Source of the DNA: Acidimicrobiales bacterium
GTDB lineage: Bacteria; Actinomycetota; Acidimicrobiia; Acidimicrobiales; VFJN01
Reading direction: 5' to 3'
Assembly (NCBI GenBank): GCA_051306055.1
Contig: JBPPMN010000362.1
Span: 1-55,769 of the forward strand
Length of the DNA stretch: 55,769 nt
Below are positions 8,813 to 18,881 of the stretch, one piece after another. The translations under genes and the position numbers were made by a program. Below the pieces are notes generated by a model, which worked only from the letters and a program-made list of their open reading frames with translations, was not told where the DNA came from and did no database searches. The first letter of the stretch is position 1, and each line of letters opens with the position of its first letter.

Positions 8813-10606
8813 TCAGGCGGGCTGCGGGTCGCGGTCGAGCGGGCGGGGCTCCAGCCGGGCCGGGTCGCCGCCGGCGAGGTGCCGCACCGCCACGGTGAAC
8901 GCCCAGGCCCACAGTGCGCACACGGCCGCCAGGAGCAGGTGCACCAGCGGCGACAGCCACACGCTGCCCTCTCGCGTCTCGCGGAGGAGGAACTGGCGCT
9001 CGCTGCTGAAGGGCGCCACGCGATCGACGGCGGGGATCTCCGCCTCGTCGATCTCGGGATCGTCGGGCAGGTAGATCGGCACCGCCATCATCTCCGAGCC
9101 CCGGTGGAGCCGCAGCAGGCTCTTCCAGAGTCCGCTGGTGGGCACCGGCGCCACCGACCGGAACTCGCCGGGGGCACCGGTGGGCTCCATGTCGGCCAGC
9201 ACCAGTCCGCCGCCCTGCCAGGAGGTGGCCTGGAACCAGTAAGCGTCGTCGGCCGCGTCGGCGGGGGAGAGCGTGGCCACCACGACGGCCTCGTCACCGC
9301 TGACCTCCTCCAGGCGCACGTCGGCCACCACGTCGCCGGTCGGGCGGCGCATCGGCACCAGGATCACCGCCACACAGGCGGCCGCCGCCACCGCCAGCAC
9401 GACGCCGCGCACAGGCGGCGTGCCCGGCACGCCGCGCTCGATGGCGCGGGCGAAGGCGACGCCGAGCACCGACGCGCCCACCGCGGCCACCAGCCCGAGC
9501 ACGGCGGCCTCGGGCAGCATCGACGACGACCAGGGCTGCCAGGCGTCCTGGTTCCACGCCCACTCACCGGCCAGGCCGATGGTGCCGATGCCCACCCCGC
9601 TGAGGACGGCGAAGCGCGTTCGGTCGGCGGTGCCGGCCAGCCGGGCCACCAGCTCCACCACCAGCGCGCTGAGCAGGAACGTGGCGCCGAAGCGGGTGTC
9701 GACGGGACCGCCGTCCTCGCCGCCGAAGTCGAGGAAGCCGGTGACCTGGATGAGGAAGTTGACCACCACGAGGCCCAGCCCCCACCACTGGCCGTGAACG
9801 AGACGGATGGCGATCAGGCCCAGCCCGGCGGCCAGGCACACGAGGATGGGCGCGAACAGCAGGCTGAACTGGGGGACGCCGAAGGTGAACTCGCCCTGCG
9901 GGGCCAGCAACCCCTGCAGCGTGAGCCAGCCGCACACCAGGTGGGCGGCGCGCGCCCACGGGCCGTCGGTGGGCCGCACCCCCGACTCGGCCAGGATCAG
10001 CCAGGCGGCCAGGCCCGTGAAGGTGGCGCCCAGGATCATCAGCATGTGGGTGGGGCTCCACATCGTGACGTCGACGCCGTAGGCCAGGTGCCACACCTCG
10101 TCGAGGGGGAATCCCGACACCGCGCCGAGGCCCAGGGCCCACAGCGGCAGCAGCGAGCGGGGGATCCGCAGTGCGCCGAGTCGCACGCCATCGACCTGGT
10201 CGAAGGTGGCCACCAGCGTGCCCAGCACCGCCCCGCCCAGGATCATCATCAGCCCCAGCAGGATGCCGGCGTGGGGCGCAGTCATGAGCTGCTCGTCGCG
10301 GCCGAGCGCGATGTGCCACGACACGTCGCTGTAGAACCCCTGGCCGGCCACCAGCAGGCCGTAGAGCGCCATGCCGATGGCCACCGCCGCCCAGCCGGGG
10401 ATCCGGGTGAGGCGGGTGAGGCCACGCGGGATGCGCGACAGCGGCTGGAGCAGCGGCCAGCGCTCCTCGGCCGGCCGGCCCACCGCGAAGAGCACGACGT
10501 TGATGGCCAGGAACACCGCCACCAGGGTCCAGAAGGGGGTCCACGACGCCAGCGCAGAACCGCCGAGGGTGCCTGTCGGGTCGTTCTGGGCGATTCGTGC
10601 CAGCAT
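8813..10606 (-). CDS. large polytopic membrane protein of unknown function with an extracytoplasmic C-terminal domain
   Basis: Start taken at ATG 10606 (MLARIAQ...); the 71 codons upstream in the track ORF are Arg/Ser-rich and non-membrane-like. There are 12 or more hydrophobic helices. Motifs WHIALGRDE and EVWHLAYGVDVTMWSPTH. Confidence 0.7.
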   Translation of the reverse strand: MLARIAQNDPTGTLGGSALASWTPFWTLVAVFLAINVVLFAVGRPAEERWPLLQPLSRIPRGLTRLTRIPGWAAVAIGMALYGLLVAGQGFYSDVSWHIALGRDEQLMTAPHAGILLGLMMILGGAVLGTLVATFDQVDGVRLGALRIPRSLLPLWALGLGAVSGFPLDEVWHLAYGVDVTMWSPTHMLMILGATFTGLAAWLILAESGVRPTDGPWARAAHLVCGWLTLQGLLAPQGEFTFGVPQFSLLFAPILVCLAAGLGLIAIRLVHGQWWGLGLVVVNFLIQVTGFLDFGGEDGGPVDTRFGATFLLSALVVELVARLAGTADRTRFAVLSGVGIGTIGLAGEWAWNQDAWQPWSSSMLPEAAVLGLVAAVGASVLGVAFARAIERGVPGTPPVRGVVLAVAAAACVAVILVPMRRPTGDVVADVRLEEVSGDEAVVVATLSPADAADDAYWFQATSWQGGGLVLADMEPTGAPGEFRSVAPVPTSGLWKSLLRLHRGSEMMAVPIYLPDDPEIDEAEIPAVDRVAPFSSERQFLLRETREGSVWLSPLVHLLLAAVCALWAWAFTVAVRHLAGGDPARLEPRPLDRDPQPA

Positions 10607-10649
10607 GGTTACCAGAGGTAACACAGGTGTGGCCCGGAGGCAACGGTCG

Positions 10650-11711
10650 ATGGTCACGGCCGGGCTACCGTCGGTCGTCGTGACCCGCCACCTCCTGCTG
10701 CTGCGGGCCAGCGGCAACCGGGTCTTCGGGGCCAGCGCCACGGCCTTGGCCCAGGCCGAGATGGAGGTGCTCGCTCGCCGGTGCCTCGACGTGGCCCTGT
10801 CACCGGCTGGACCGGTCACCGTGGGCGGCGTCGACTACCTGGAGGTCGAGACCGACGGGCCGTTGGACGGCGCCGCCCTCGCGGTGCTCTCGAACCTGTC
10901 GTCGCTGCACGCCCTCTTCGAGGTCGAAGGCGACCTGCTCCGCCCGCGCGCGGTCGCGCCCCGCCGTCTGCTCGACGAGGACCTCACCACCATCCAGCGC
11001 TACGTCGGCAAGACCAACGAGGCGTTCACCCACCTGCTGGTGAACCTGGCCCTGGCGGCCGGCACGGGGACGTTCGCTCGCCTGCTGGCGGGGGAGCGGC
11101 TGGTGCTGCTCGACCCAGTGTGCGGGCGGGGGACCACGCTGCACCGGGCTGCGCTCTACGGCCTCGACGCGCACGGCATCGAGCTCGACCGCCGAGCCGT
11201 CGAGGCCTACGACACCTTCTTCGTCACCTGGTTGAAGGACAAGCGGCTCAAGCACCAGGTGGAGCGGGCCACCCTTCGAAAGGGACGCTCCACTCCGGCG
11301 CACCGGGTCGCGATCACCTACGGGGAGAAGGGCGCCGAGCAGCACCGGCGGGTGGAGGTGGTCAACGACGACACGCTCCGCGCCGCTGAGCACCTGCGCC
11401 CGCGCTCGGTCGACGCCCTGGCCTGCGACCTCCCCTACGGCGTGCAGCACGGGGCCGACTCCGGCGGCGGCCGCGCCCGCGGCCCGGGCGACCTGCTGGA
11501 GCGGGCGCTGCCGGTGTGGCGGGAGCTGCTGCGCCCGGGGGCCGGGGTGGCCATGGCCTGGAACCGGCGCACGCTCAGCCGGGAGCGGCTCGTCGCGCTG
11601 GTGGCCGAGGCCGGGTTCGAGCTCGACGAGGTCGGGCCGGATGCCTTCCGCCACCGCGTGGACCGGACCATCGACCGCGACGTGGTCGTGGCGAGGCGTC
11701 CAGGCGGCTGA
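10650..11711 (+). CDS. SAM-dependent methyltransferase, UPF0020/Trm11-like (N2-guanine or N6-adenine type)
   Basis: Motif I LLDPVCGRGTTL and motif IV-like CDLPYG. Start chosen at ATG 10650 because the upstream part of the track ORF overlaps the divergent gene; the start is uncertain. Confidence 0.7.
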   Translation: MVTAGLPSVVVTRHLLLLRASGNRVFGASATALAQAEMEVLARRCLDVALSPAGPVTVGGVDYLEVETDGPLDGAALAVLSNLSSLHALFEVEGDLLRPRAVAPRRLLDEDLTTIQRYVGKTNEAFTHLLVNLALAAGTGTFARLLAGERLVLLDPVCGRGTTLHRAALYGLDAHGIELDRRAVEAYDTFFVTWLKDKRLKHQVERATLRKGRSTPAHRVAITYGEKGAEQHRRVEVVNDDTLRAAEHLRPRSVDALACDLPYGVQHGADSGGGRARGPGDLLERALPVWRELLRPGAGVAMAWNRRTLSRERLVALVAEAGFELDEVGPDAFRHRVDRTIDRDVVVARRPGG

Positions 11712-11777
11712 CGCCGGGCCGCCCTGTGGCGACGAGGCTCGATCGCGTACAGTGCACGGAAACCCAGGGGGACCGTC

Positions 11778-12998
11778 GTGACACTCGCCGTACAACAGGA
11801 GCGCGAGCTCCATCCCGCTCAAGCGCTCGTGGCGCTGGGCTCATTGGGCTGGCTGGCCCTCGCCGGCGCCGCCGCGCTCGGTGCTGGAGCCATCCACGCC
11901 GCTGCCATCGGCGTGCACAGCGAGCACCAGCAGGCCGTCGCCATGTTCACTGCCGTGGCCGCCGTGCAGCTGGCGTGGGGCGCGGGCCTCCTGGCCCGCC
12001 CAGGGCGTCTCCTGGTCGGCTTGGGGGCGCTGGCCAACGGCGCCTTCCTCGGCGGCTGGGTGCTGGCCAAGACCAGCGGCATCAGCTTCATCGACGGGAT
12101 GGAGGAGGCGGAGGGCGTCCAGCTGGCGGACGGCATGGCCGCCGGGCTGGCCATCGTGGCCGTGCTCGCCGCCCTGGGCTCGCTGTCCCGCCGAGGCTCG
12201 GCCCTCGCCGCCATGCCGCTGCTCACCGGGGCGATGGCCCTGATGCTGGGTGGCCTGGCCGTGCCCGGGATGCTCTCCGCCGGCAGCCACAGCCACGCCG
12301 AGGGCGGTGCCGGCCACGGCCACGACGGGGAGACCGCCGCGGCCGCGGGCGACGACCACGACGACCACGACGACCACGACGACCACGGCGACCTCGAGGA
12401 AGCGGTCGTGCCGCCCAAGCCGTTCCACCCCGACCTGCCCATCGATCTCAGCGGCGTCGACGGCGTCACCCCTGAGGAGCAGGCCCAGGCCGAGAACCTC
12501 CTGGCCGTCACCGTCTACCGGCTCCCGCAGTTCGCCGACCACGAGGCGGTGGAGGCCATGGGCTTCGTGTCGATCGGCGACGGCGCCCTCGGCCACGAGC
12601 ACTACCTCAACTTCGCCAACATGAACGACGACCGCATCCTCGACCCCGACTACCCCGAGTCGCTGGTGTTCGACACGAGCGTGGAGCCCAAGCGGCTGGT
12701 GGCCGCCATGTACATGCTCAACCCCGGGGACACCCTCGACGACGTGCCTCCGGCGGGCGGCGAGCTCATGCAGTGGCACATCCACGACAACCTCTGCTTC
12801 TCCGGTCCGCGGGTGGCGGGCCTCACCGACGCCGACGGCAGCTGCCGGGAGGGGCTCACGAAGGGCGCTGAGTTGCCCATGATCCACGTGTGGATCGAGC
12901 CCCACCCGTGCGGTCCCTTCGCCGCCCTCGAGGGCATCGCCGGGGGCTCCGTGCCCGAGGGCGAAGAGGTCCTCTGCACCCACGAGCACGGGGCCTAG
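11778..12998 (+). CDS. membrane protein with His/Asp-rich linker and Cys/His-rich C-terminal domain (putative metal-binding)
   Basis: GTG start preceded by GGGGGA. Four to five N-terminal helices, linker SHSHAEGGAGHGHDGE...DDHDDHDDHDDHGD, and C-terminal motifs GHEHY, QWHIHDNLC, HVWIEPHPC, CTHEHG. Confidence 0.7.
   Translation: MTLAVQQERELHPAQALVALGSLGWLALAGAAALGAGAIHAAAIGVHSEHQQAVAMFTAVAAVQLAWGAGLLARPGRLLVGLGALANGAFLGGWVLAKTSGISFIDGMEEAEGVQLADGMAAGLAIVAVLAALGSLSRRGSALAAMPLLTGAMALMLGGLAVPGMLSAGSHSHAEGGAGHGHDGETAAAAGDDHDDHDDHDDHGDLEEAVVPPKPFHPDLPIDLSGVDGVTPEEQAQAENLLAVTVYRLPQFADHEAVEAMGFVSIGDGALGHEHYLNFANMNDDRILDPDYPESLVFDTSVEPKRLVAAMYMLNPGDTLDDVPPAGGELMQWHIHDNLCFSGPRVAGLTDADGSCREGLTKGAELPMIHVWIEPHPCGPFAALEGIAGGSVPEGEEVLCTHEHGA
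12351..12386 (+). repeat. perfect tandem repeat (GACGACCAC)x4 encoding (DDH)4
   Basis: Read directly: four identical 9-mers at 12351-12386, in frame within the CDS 11778-12998. Confidence 0.95.
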
Positions 12999-13110
12999 GG
13001 ACGCCCCTGCTCCGATCGTGGTGAACGCTCGATGAAGAGCATCCACCACTTGAGGCGAACCCTGGGTTTACGGTGACGTCGGATTCACATCTCGCCCAAG
13101 GAGGGCCCCG

Positions 13111-13386
13111 ATGAACAAGGCCGAACTCGTCAGTGCCGTCGCCGAGAAGTCAGGCCAGTCCGCTGCTGCGGTCGGGTCGGTTCTGGCAGCCTTCGAAGAC
13201 GTCGTCACCGGCGCCGTCGCTGGTGGTGAAAAGGTCCAGATCCCTGGCTTCCTGAGCTTCGAGCGCTCGGAGCGGGCCGCCCGCACCGGTCGCAACCCGG
13301 CCACCGGCGCAGAGATCCAGATCGCCGCCGCCACCGTGCCCAAGGTGAAGGTCGGCAAGTCCTTCAAGGACGCCGTCAACAAGTAG
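13111..13386 (+). CDS. hup: nucleoid-associated DNA-binding protein HU
   Basis: MNKAELV...GFLSFERSERAARTGRNPATGAEIQIAA..VPKVKVGK is the canonical HU/IHF fold sequence. AAGGAGGG Shine-Dalgarno lies 5-12 nt upstream. Confidence 0.92.
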   Translation: MNKAELVSAVAEKSGQSAAAVGSVLAAFEDVVTGAVAGGEKVQIPGFLSFERSERAARTGRNPATGAEIQIAAATVPKVKVGKSFKDAVNK

Positions 13387-13394
13387 TGCGCTTC

Positions 13395-13435
13395 GCCGGG
13401 GTCGTCGCCACCTCCGGGTGATGACGACCCCGGCC
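13395..13435 (+). terminator. hairpin downstream of hup (12-bp perfect stem, 17-nt loop), no U-tract
   Basis: GCCGGGGTCGTC (13395-13406) pairs with GACGACCCCGGC (13424-13435). It lies 9 nt after the hup stop. Confidence 0.45.
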
Positions 13436-13495
13436 GAACCGCCCCGCTCCTCGGTGCCGGTTGGCCGATGGGCTCGACGGGTACCGTCGGGCCCC

Positions 13496-16471
13496 ATGGA
13501 CCCGGCTGCCGTCGAGCACGACACCCAGGCCCTGGCTCGGCGCATCGCCGAGCTGGGCGAGGGAGAGCGGTCGTCGGTCTACCGGATGTCGTGGTGGAGC
13601 GATCGGATGATGGACTGGGCCATGTCGCGCCCGGCCTTCAAGACCCAGCTCTTCCGCTTCGTCGACGTCTTCCCGGCGCTCCACGACACCGACGACATCA
13701 GCCGCCACCTGAGCGAGTACTTCGACGGCGTCGACGTGCCCAAGGCGCTCGACCTCGGGATCGACCTGGCCGACAAGGTGCCCTTCGGTGCCGCGGTGGA
13801 GGCCCGGGTGGCTCGCAAGAACATCGCCCGGATGGCGGAGCAGTTCATCGTGGGGGAGACGCCCGCCGAGGCCGTGGCGGAGCTCCACGCCCTCTGGCGA
13901 GGTGGCAGCGCCGCCACCGTCGACCTCCTGGGCGAGAAGACCGTGGTGGCCCGCGAGGCCGATCGGTACCAGTCCCGGGTGCTGGAGCTCCTCGAGGCGC
14001 TCTGCGATGCGGCGCCCTCGTGGGCCCCCGACGACCGTCTCGAGCGCGACGACCTCGGTCCGATTCCCCGTGTCAACGTGAGCATCAAGCCCACCGCACT
14101 GGCCACCCACTACGAGCCGCTGAGCCGGGCCGAGGGGTTGGACAGCGCCAAGGCGCGCATCCGGCCCATCCTGCGCGTCGCCCGAGACCGTGGCGCCCAC
14201 GTGCACTTCGACATGGAGCACTATGACGCCAAGGACCTCACCCTCACGCTGTTCCGCGACCTCCTCGGCGAGGAGGAGTTCCACGACGTCTCGGCCGGCG
14301 TGGTGGTGCAGGCCGTGCTCCGCGACGCGCGCGACGATCTGGCTGACCTCATCGCCTGGTCCGGTGCCCGGTCGAAGCCGATCACCGTCCGGCTCGTGAA
14401 GGGCGCGTACTGGGACGCCGAGACGGTGCAGGCTCGGGCCGCCGGCTGGGAGCCCCCGGTCTTCCAGCACAAGGACCAGACCGACGCCAGCTACGAGCGA
14501 TGCTCCCGCCTCCTGCTCGACCACCACGGCGCCGTGCGGGCCGCCTTCGGGTCGCACAACCTCCGCTCGCTGGCCTACGCCATCAGCTACGCCCGGCACC
14601 GAGGCCTGCCCGACGACGCCTTCGAGGTCCAGCTGCTCTACGGCATGGCCGAGCCGGTGCACGCCGCCATCAAGCGGCTCGGCCTGCGCCTTCGCGTCTA
14701 CGGCCCGGTGGGTGAGCTGGTGCCCGGCATGGCCTACCTCGTGCGCCGCCTGCTCGAGAACACCTCCAACGAGAGCTTCGTGCGGCACCGCTTCGCTGAG
14801 GGGCAGGCGCTCGACGAGCTGGTCGCGCCCCCCGATGTCGACGACCTGCCCGGCCCCACCTCGCCCCCGAAGGTCGATGACACCGACGCCGCCGCGCCGA
14901 GCGCCTACCTCCCCGAGCCACTGCGGGAGTGGCGGCGGGGCTCCGCCCGTGCCGCCTTCTCGGTGGCGGCCGACCACGCCCTCGGTGCCTCGCCCATCGA
15001 GGTGCCGGCCCTCATCGACGGGGAGCGGGTCACCACCGCGGCCACCATCGACTCCGTCGACCCCGCCCGCCCTGATCACGTCGTGGCCCGATCCGCCTCG
15101 TGCACGGCCGCCGACGCCGATGCGGCGGTGGCCGCGGCCACCGCCGCGCAGGAGCAGTGGCGACGCACCCCCGCCGCCGATCGTGCGGCCGTGCTGTTCC
15201 GAGCCGCGGCCTGGATGCGGCGACGGCGCGACGACCTGGCCGCCCTGCAGTGCGTCGAGGCGGGCAAGCCCTGGGATCAGGCCGACGCCGACGTGTGCGA
15301 GGCCATCGACTTCTGCGAGTACTACGGGCGCGAGGTGCTGCGCCTCGAGGCCGCCTCCGGGGACCTCGTGCAGTCGCCTCCCGGCGAGGCCAACCGGCTC
15401 ACCTATCAGGGCAAGGGGGTCACGGCGGTCATCGCGCCGTGGAACTTCCCGCTGGCCATCCCCTGCGGGATGGCGGTTGCCGCCCTGGCCGCCGGCAACG
15501 CCGTGATCCTCAAGCCGGCCGAGCAGACGCCGGGAGTGGCCTGGCGCCTGGCTGAGGCGCTGCTGGCCGCCGACGCCCCGCCGGGCGTCTTCCAGCTGCT
15601 GCCCGGCCTCGGCGAGGACGTCGGAGCTCGCCTGGTGGCCCACCCCGACGTGGCCGTGATCGCCTTCACCGGTTCGAAGGCCGTCGGCCTGGAGATCCTG
15701 CGCTCGGCCGCCACCGTCGCCCCCGGCCAGCGGCACCTCAAGCGGGTGGTGTGCGAGCTGGGGGGCAAGAACGCGCTGATCATCGACGACGACGCCGACC
15801 CCGACCAGGCCATCCCTGCGGCGGCCTACTCGGCCTTCGGGTACGCGGGCCAGAAGTGCTCGGCCCTCTCCCGGCTGATCGTGGTCGATCGGGCCTACGA
15901 CCGCATGGTCGAGCGCCTGGTGGGCGCCACCGAGGAGATGCTGCTCGGCCACCCGGCCACCGCCGGGGTGCAGGTGGGGCCGGTGATCGACGCCGAGGCC
16001 CACGCTCGCATCCTGGGTCACCTGGAGCGGGCCCCGGCCCAGGGCCGGGTGCTGGTGCAGCGCCACGACGTGCCCGACCAGGGTTGGTTCGTCGGCCCCA
16101 CCATCGTGGAGGTCGACGATCCCTCCGTGCCGCTGGCCACCGAGGAGATCTTCGGGCCGGTGCTCACCGTGCTGCGGGCCCGCGACTTCGACCACGCCCT
16201 CGCCCTGGCCAACGACACCGACTACGCCCTCACCGCCGGCTGCTTCTCCCGTTCGCCCGTGCACCTGCGGCGAGCGGCCGACGAGCTTCGGGCGGGCAAC
16301 GTGTACCTCAACCGCCACATCACCGGCGCCGTGGTGGGCCGCCAGCCCTTCGGCGGCTACGGCATGAGCGGCGTCGGCTCCAAGGCCGGCGGCCCCGACT
16401 ACCTCCTGCAGTTCGTGGATCCACGGGTCAGCACGGAGAACACGCTCCGACAGGGCTTCGCTCCCGACTGA
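13496..16471 (+). CDS. putA: bifunctional proline dehydrogenase / L-glutamate-gamma-semialdehyde (P5C) dehydrogenase
   Basis: N-terminal PRODH barrel region (VSIKPTAL, VHFDMEHY, VRLVKGAYWD, LLYGM) followed by an aldehyde dehydrogenase domain (APWNFPLAI, ELGGKN, EEIFGPV). Start set at ATG 13496 because the upstream starts sit inside the hup hairpin. Confidence 0.88.
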   Translation: MDPAAVEHDTQALARRIAELGEGERSSVYRMSWWSDRMMDWAMSRPAFKTQLFRFVDVFPALHDTDDISRHLSEYFDGVDVPKALDLGIDLADKVPFGAAVEARVARKNIARMAEQFIVGETPAEAVAELHALWRGGSAATVDLLGEKTVVAREADRYQSRVLELLEALCDAAPSWAPDDRLERDDLGPIPRVNVSIKPTALATHYEPLSRAEGLDSAKARIRPILRVARDRGAHVHFDMEHYDAKDLTLTLFRDLLGEEEFHDVSAGVVVQAVLRDARDDLADLIAWSGARSKPITVRLVKGAYWDAETVQARAAGWEPPVFQHKDQTDASYERCSRLLLDHHGAVRAAFGSHNLRSLAYAISYARHRGLPDDAFEVQLLYGMAEPVHAAIKRLGLRLRVYGPVGELVPGMAYLVRRLLENTSNESFVRHRFAEGQALDELVAPPDVDDLPGPTSPPKVDDTDAAAPSAYLPEPLREWRRGSARAAFSVAADHALGASPIEVPALIDGERVTTAATIDSVDPARPDHVVARSASCTAADADAAVAAATAAQEQWRRTPAADRAAVLFRAAAWMRRRRDDLAALQCVEAGKPWDQADADVCEAIDFCEYYGREVLRLEAASGDLVQSPPGEANRLTYQGKGVTAVIAPWNFPLAIPCGMAVAALAAGNAVILKPAEQTPGVAWRLAEALLAADAPPGVFQLLPGLGEDVGARLVAHPDVAVIAFTGSKAVGLEILRSAATVAPGQRHLKRVVCELGGKNALIIDDDADPDQAIPAAAYSAFGYAGQKCSALSRLIVVDRAYDRMVERLVGATEEMLLGHPATAGVQVGPVIDAEAHARILGHLERAPAQGRVLVQRHDVPDQGWFVGPTIVEVDDPSVPLATEEIFGPVLTVLRARDFDHALALANDTDYALTAGCFSRSPVHLRRAADELRAGNVYLNRHITGAVVGRQPFGGYGMSGVGSKAGGPDYLLQFVDPRVSTENTLRQGFAPD

Positions 16472-16486
16472 CGGCTGCTCGGGCCC

Positions 16487-18316
16487 TCAGTCCACAGTGG
16501 CCTGGTCGCGGGCGCTCAGCTCGCCGGTCTGGACCCGCCAGAGGGCCGCGTAGAGCCCGCCGTGGGCGACCAGCTCCTCGTGGGAGCCGGCCTCCACCAC
16601 CTCACCGGCCTCCAGCACGTGGATGCGGTGGGCGTGGCGCACCGTCGACAGGCGGTGGGCGATCACGATCGAGGTGCGACCGGCCGACACCCGGGCCAGG
16701 GAGCGCTGGATGGCGGCCTCGGTCTCGTTGTCGACGGCCGAGGTGGCCTCGTCGAGCACCAGGATGGCGGGGTCGCGCAGGATGGCACGGGCGATGGTGA
16801 GCCTCTGGCGCTGCCCCCCGGAGAGCTTCTGGCCGCGCTCGCCCACCACGGTGTCGTAGCCCATGGGAAGCGCCTCGACGAAGGTGTGGGCCTCGGCCAG
16901 CGTGGCGGCGCGCACCACCTCCTCGTCGGTGGCGCCAGGGCGCCCGTAGGTGAGGTTCTCTCGCACGGTGCCCTGGAACAGGAACACGTCCTGGCTCACG
17001 AAGCCGATGGCGCCCCGCAGCGACGCGAAGGTGAGCTGCTCGATGGGCACGCCGTCGACGCTGATGGTGCCGCTGGTGGGCTCGTAGAGGCGGAGGAGCA
17101 GCTTCACGATGGTGCTCTTGCCGGCGCCGGTGGCGCCCACGATGGCGTGGGTCTCCCCCGGGGCGATGTCGAGGTCGAGGCCGCGCAGCACCTCGCCGGC
17201 CTCGCCGTCGCCGTAGGAGAAGCGAACCGAGTCGAAGCGCACGGCGCCCTGCACCGGCTCGGCCAGCGTCCGGGTCCCCGAGCGGATGGTGGGCTGCACC
17301 TCGAGGAGGCCGAAGATGCGTCGGCAGGAGGCCATGGCCCGCTGGTAGAGGTCGAGCGTCTCGCCAAGGCGGGTCAGCGGCCAGAGGAGCCGCTGGGTCA
17401 TGTACACGAGCGTGGAGAACAGCCCGACGGCGAGGGTGCCGTTGAGGGCAGCCTGGCCGCCCACCATCAGCGTCATGGTGAAGCCGGCGAGGATGGCCAT
17501 GCGGATGAGCGGGATGAAGGCGCTGGAGTAGCGGATGGCCTCCGAGTTGGCGTCGCTGTAGGCCTGGCTGTCGACGGCCACCCGATCCACCTCGCGCTCC
17601 TCGGCGGTGAAGGCCTTGATGGTGGCGATGCCGCCCAGGTTGTTGGTGAGCGTGCCGGCGATGCGCCCGGCGGCCGCCCGCACGGCGTCGTAGCGCTTCT
17701 CCAGCGTGCGCTGGTAGCGCAGCGACCCCAGGATGATCACGGGGATGGGGAGGAAGGCCAGCAGGGCGAGGGTGGGGGAGATGATGGCGAAGACGAGGCC
17801 CACCAGCACCACGTTGGTGGTGGTGACGATCACCTCGTTGGCCCCCATGTCGAGGAAGCGCTCGAGCTGGTTCACGTCATCGTTGAGCACTGCCATCAGG
17901 CCACCGGAGGACTGGTCCTCGAAGTAGGCCAGCTCGAGCTCCTGGATGTGCCGGTACGACTCCATGCGGGTGTCGTGCTCCACGGCCTGGGCCAGGTTTC
18001 GCCAGGTGACGTCGGCGATGTAGTCGGTGACCGACTCGGCGACCCACACGATCACGGTGACCACGGCCAGGATGGTCAGCTGGTCGAAGCGGTCCTCCAC
18101 GCCGAACAGGCGGCCGACGAAGCTCTCGCCCTCGTTGACGACCACGTCGACGGCGGCGCCGATGAGCAGCTCGGGAGCCACATCGCAGATCTTGTTGAGC
18201 ACGGAGAAGAACGTGGCCAGGACGACGCGGGGGCGGTGCCGCCGGGCGTGGCCCCACAGCTGCCGCAACGGTGGTGTGGTCGAAAGGGGGATGACCCCCC
18301 GCTCGGGGTTCGACAT
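16487..18316 (-). CDS. ABC exporter, fused permease and ATPase (MsbA/MdlB-like)
   Basis: Six-helix TMD, then Walker [10 protein letters not shown], signature LSGGQRQR and Walker [10 protein letters not shown]. Start at ATG 18316 (MSNPERG). Confidence 0.88.
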   Translation of the reverse strand: MSNPERGVIPLSTTPPLRQLWGHARRHRPRVVLATFFSVLNKICDVAPELLIGAAVDVVVNEGESFVGRLFGVEDRFDQLTILAVVTVIVWVAESVTDYIADVTWRNLAQAVEHDTRMESYRHIQELELAYFEDQSSGGLMAVLNDDVNQLERFLDMGANEVIVTTTNVVLVGLVFAIISPTLALLAFLPIPVIILGSLRYQRTLEKRYDAVRAAAGRIAGTLTNNLGGIATIKAFTAEEREVDRVAVDSQAYSDANSEAIRYSSAFIPLIRMAILAGFTMTLMVGGQAALNGTLAVGLFSTLVYMTQRLLWPLTRLGETLDLYQRAMASCRRIFGLLEVQPTIRSGTRTLAEPVQGAVRFDSVRFSYGDGEAGEVLRGLDLDIAPGETHAIVGATGAGKSTIVKLLLRLYEPTSGTISVDGVPIEQLTFASLRGAIGFVSQDVFLFQGTVRENLTYGRPGATDEEVVRAATLAEAHTFVEALPMGYDTVVGERGQKLSGGQRQRLTIARAILRDPAILVLDEATSAVDNETEAAIQRSLARVSAGRTSIVIAHRLSTVRHAHRIHVLEAGEVVEAGSHEELVAHGGLYAALWRVQTGELSARDQATVD

Positions 18317-18359
18317 GCCGGCGACCCTACGGGTGCACGGGCACCGCGCCCCAGGCGGT

Positions 18360-18881
18360 TCAGCGGCTGGCGCGACGGACCTTGCCGCGGGCGGGCTGGT
18401 CCTCGGCATCGTCGATCACCTGGGCCACCAGCGGCAGCACACGGTGGCGGACCTGCTCGCTGAGGGCGATCTGGGTGGTGGTGCGCATGATGCCGGGCAC
18501 CTCGAGCACCCGGCCGAGGACGTGCTGGAGGTGGGCGTTGGTGCGGGCCACGATGCGGCAGTGCAGGTCGCCGGGGCCGGTGGTGGCGTGGGCCTCGAGC
18601 ACCTCGGGGATGCTCTGCAGGTGCTCGATGACGTCGTCGAGCCGGCCCTGGGCGATCTCGAGCGTCACGAAGGCCAGCACCTCGTAGCCCATGGCCTGGA
18701 GGTCGAGGTCGGGGTCGAAGCCGCTGATCACCCCGCGCTTCTGGAGCTTGTCGAGCCGGGCTTGTACCGTTCCCCGCGCCACGCCGAGCTGCCGAGCCAG
18801 CTCCATCACCCCGGCGCGAGGCGTCTCGCACATCGCCTGGATGAGCTTGGCGTCGAGGGCATCGATCCCGCTGGGCAACAT
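18360..18881 (-). CDS. Lrp/AsnC-family transcriptional regulator
   Basis: HTH (LDAKLIQAM..ELARQLGVARGTVQARLDKLQKRGVI) plus RAM/ligand domain. Start taken at ATG 18881; the track start at 18935 is also possible. Confidence 0.85.
   Translation of the reverse strand: MLPSGIDALDAKLIQAMCETPRAGVMELARQLGVARGTVQARLDKLQKRGVISGFDPDLDLQAMGYEVLAFVTLEIAQGRLDDVIEHLQSIPEVLEAHATTGPGDLHCRIVARTNAHLQHVLGRVLEVPGIMRTTTQIALSEQVRHRVLPLVAQVIDDAEDQPARGKVRRASR

Noticed and set aside
12351-12386. Possible CRISPR or non-coding microsatellite
   Set aside because: The repeat units are only 9 bp, contiguous, without spacers, and in frame inside a CDS. It is a coding tandem repeat.
13418-13495. Upstream GTG/ATG starts for putA (track start 13418)
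   Set aside because: These codons lie inside the 12-bp-stem hairpin that follows hup. The conserved PutA sequence begins after ATG 13496.
13376-16318. 980-aa minus-strand ORF antisense to putA
   Set aside because: Same artefact class. The plus-strand frame carries unmistakable PRODH and aldehyde dehydrogenase motifs.
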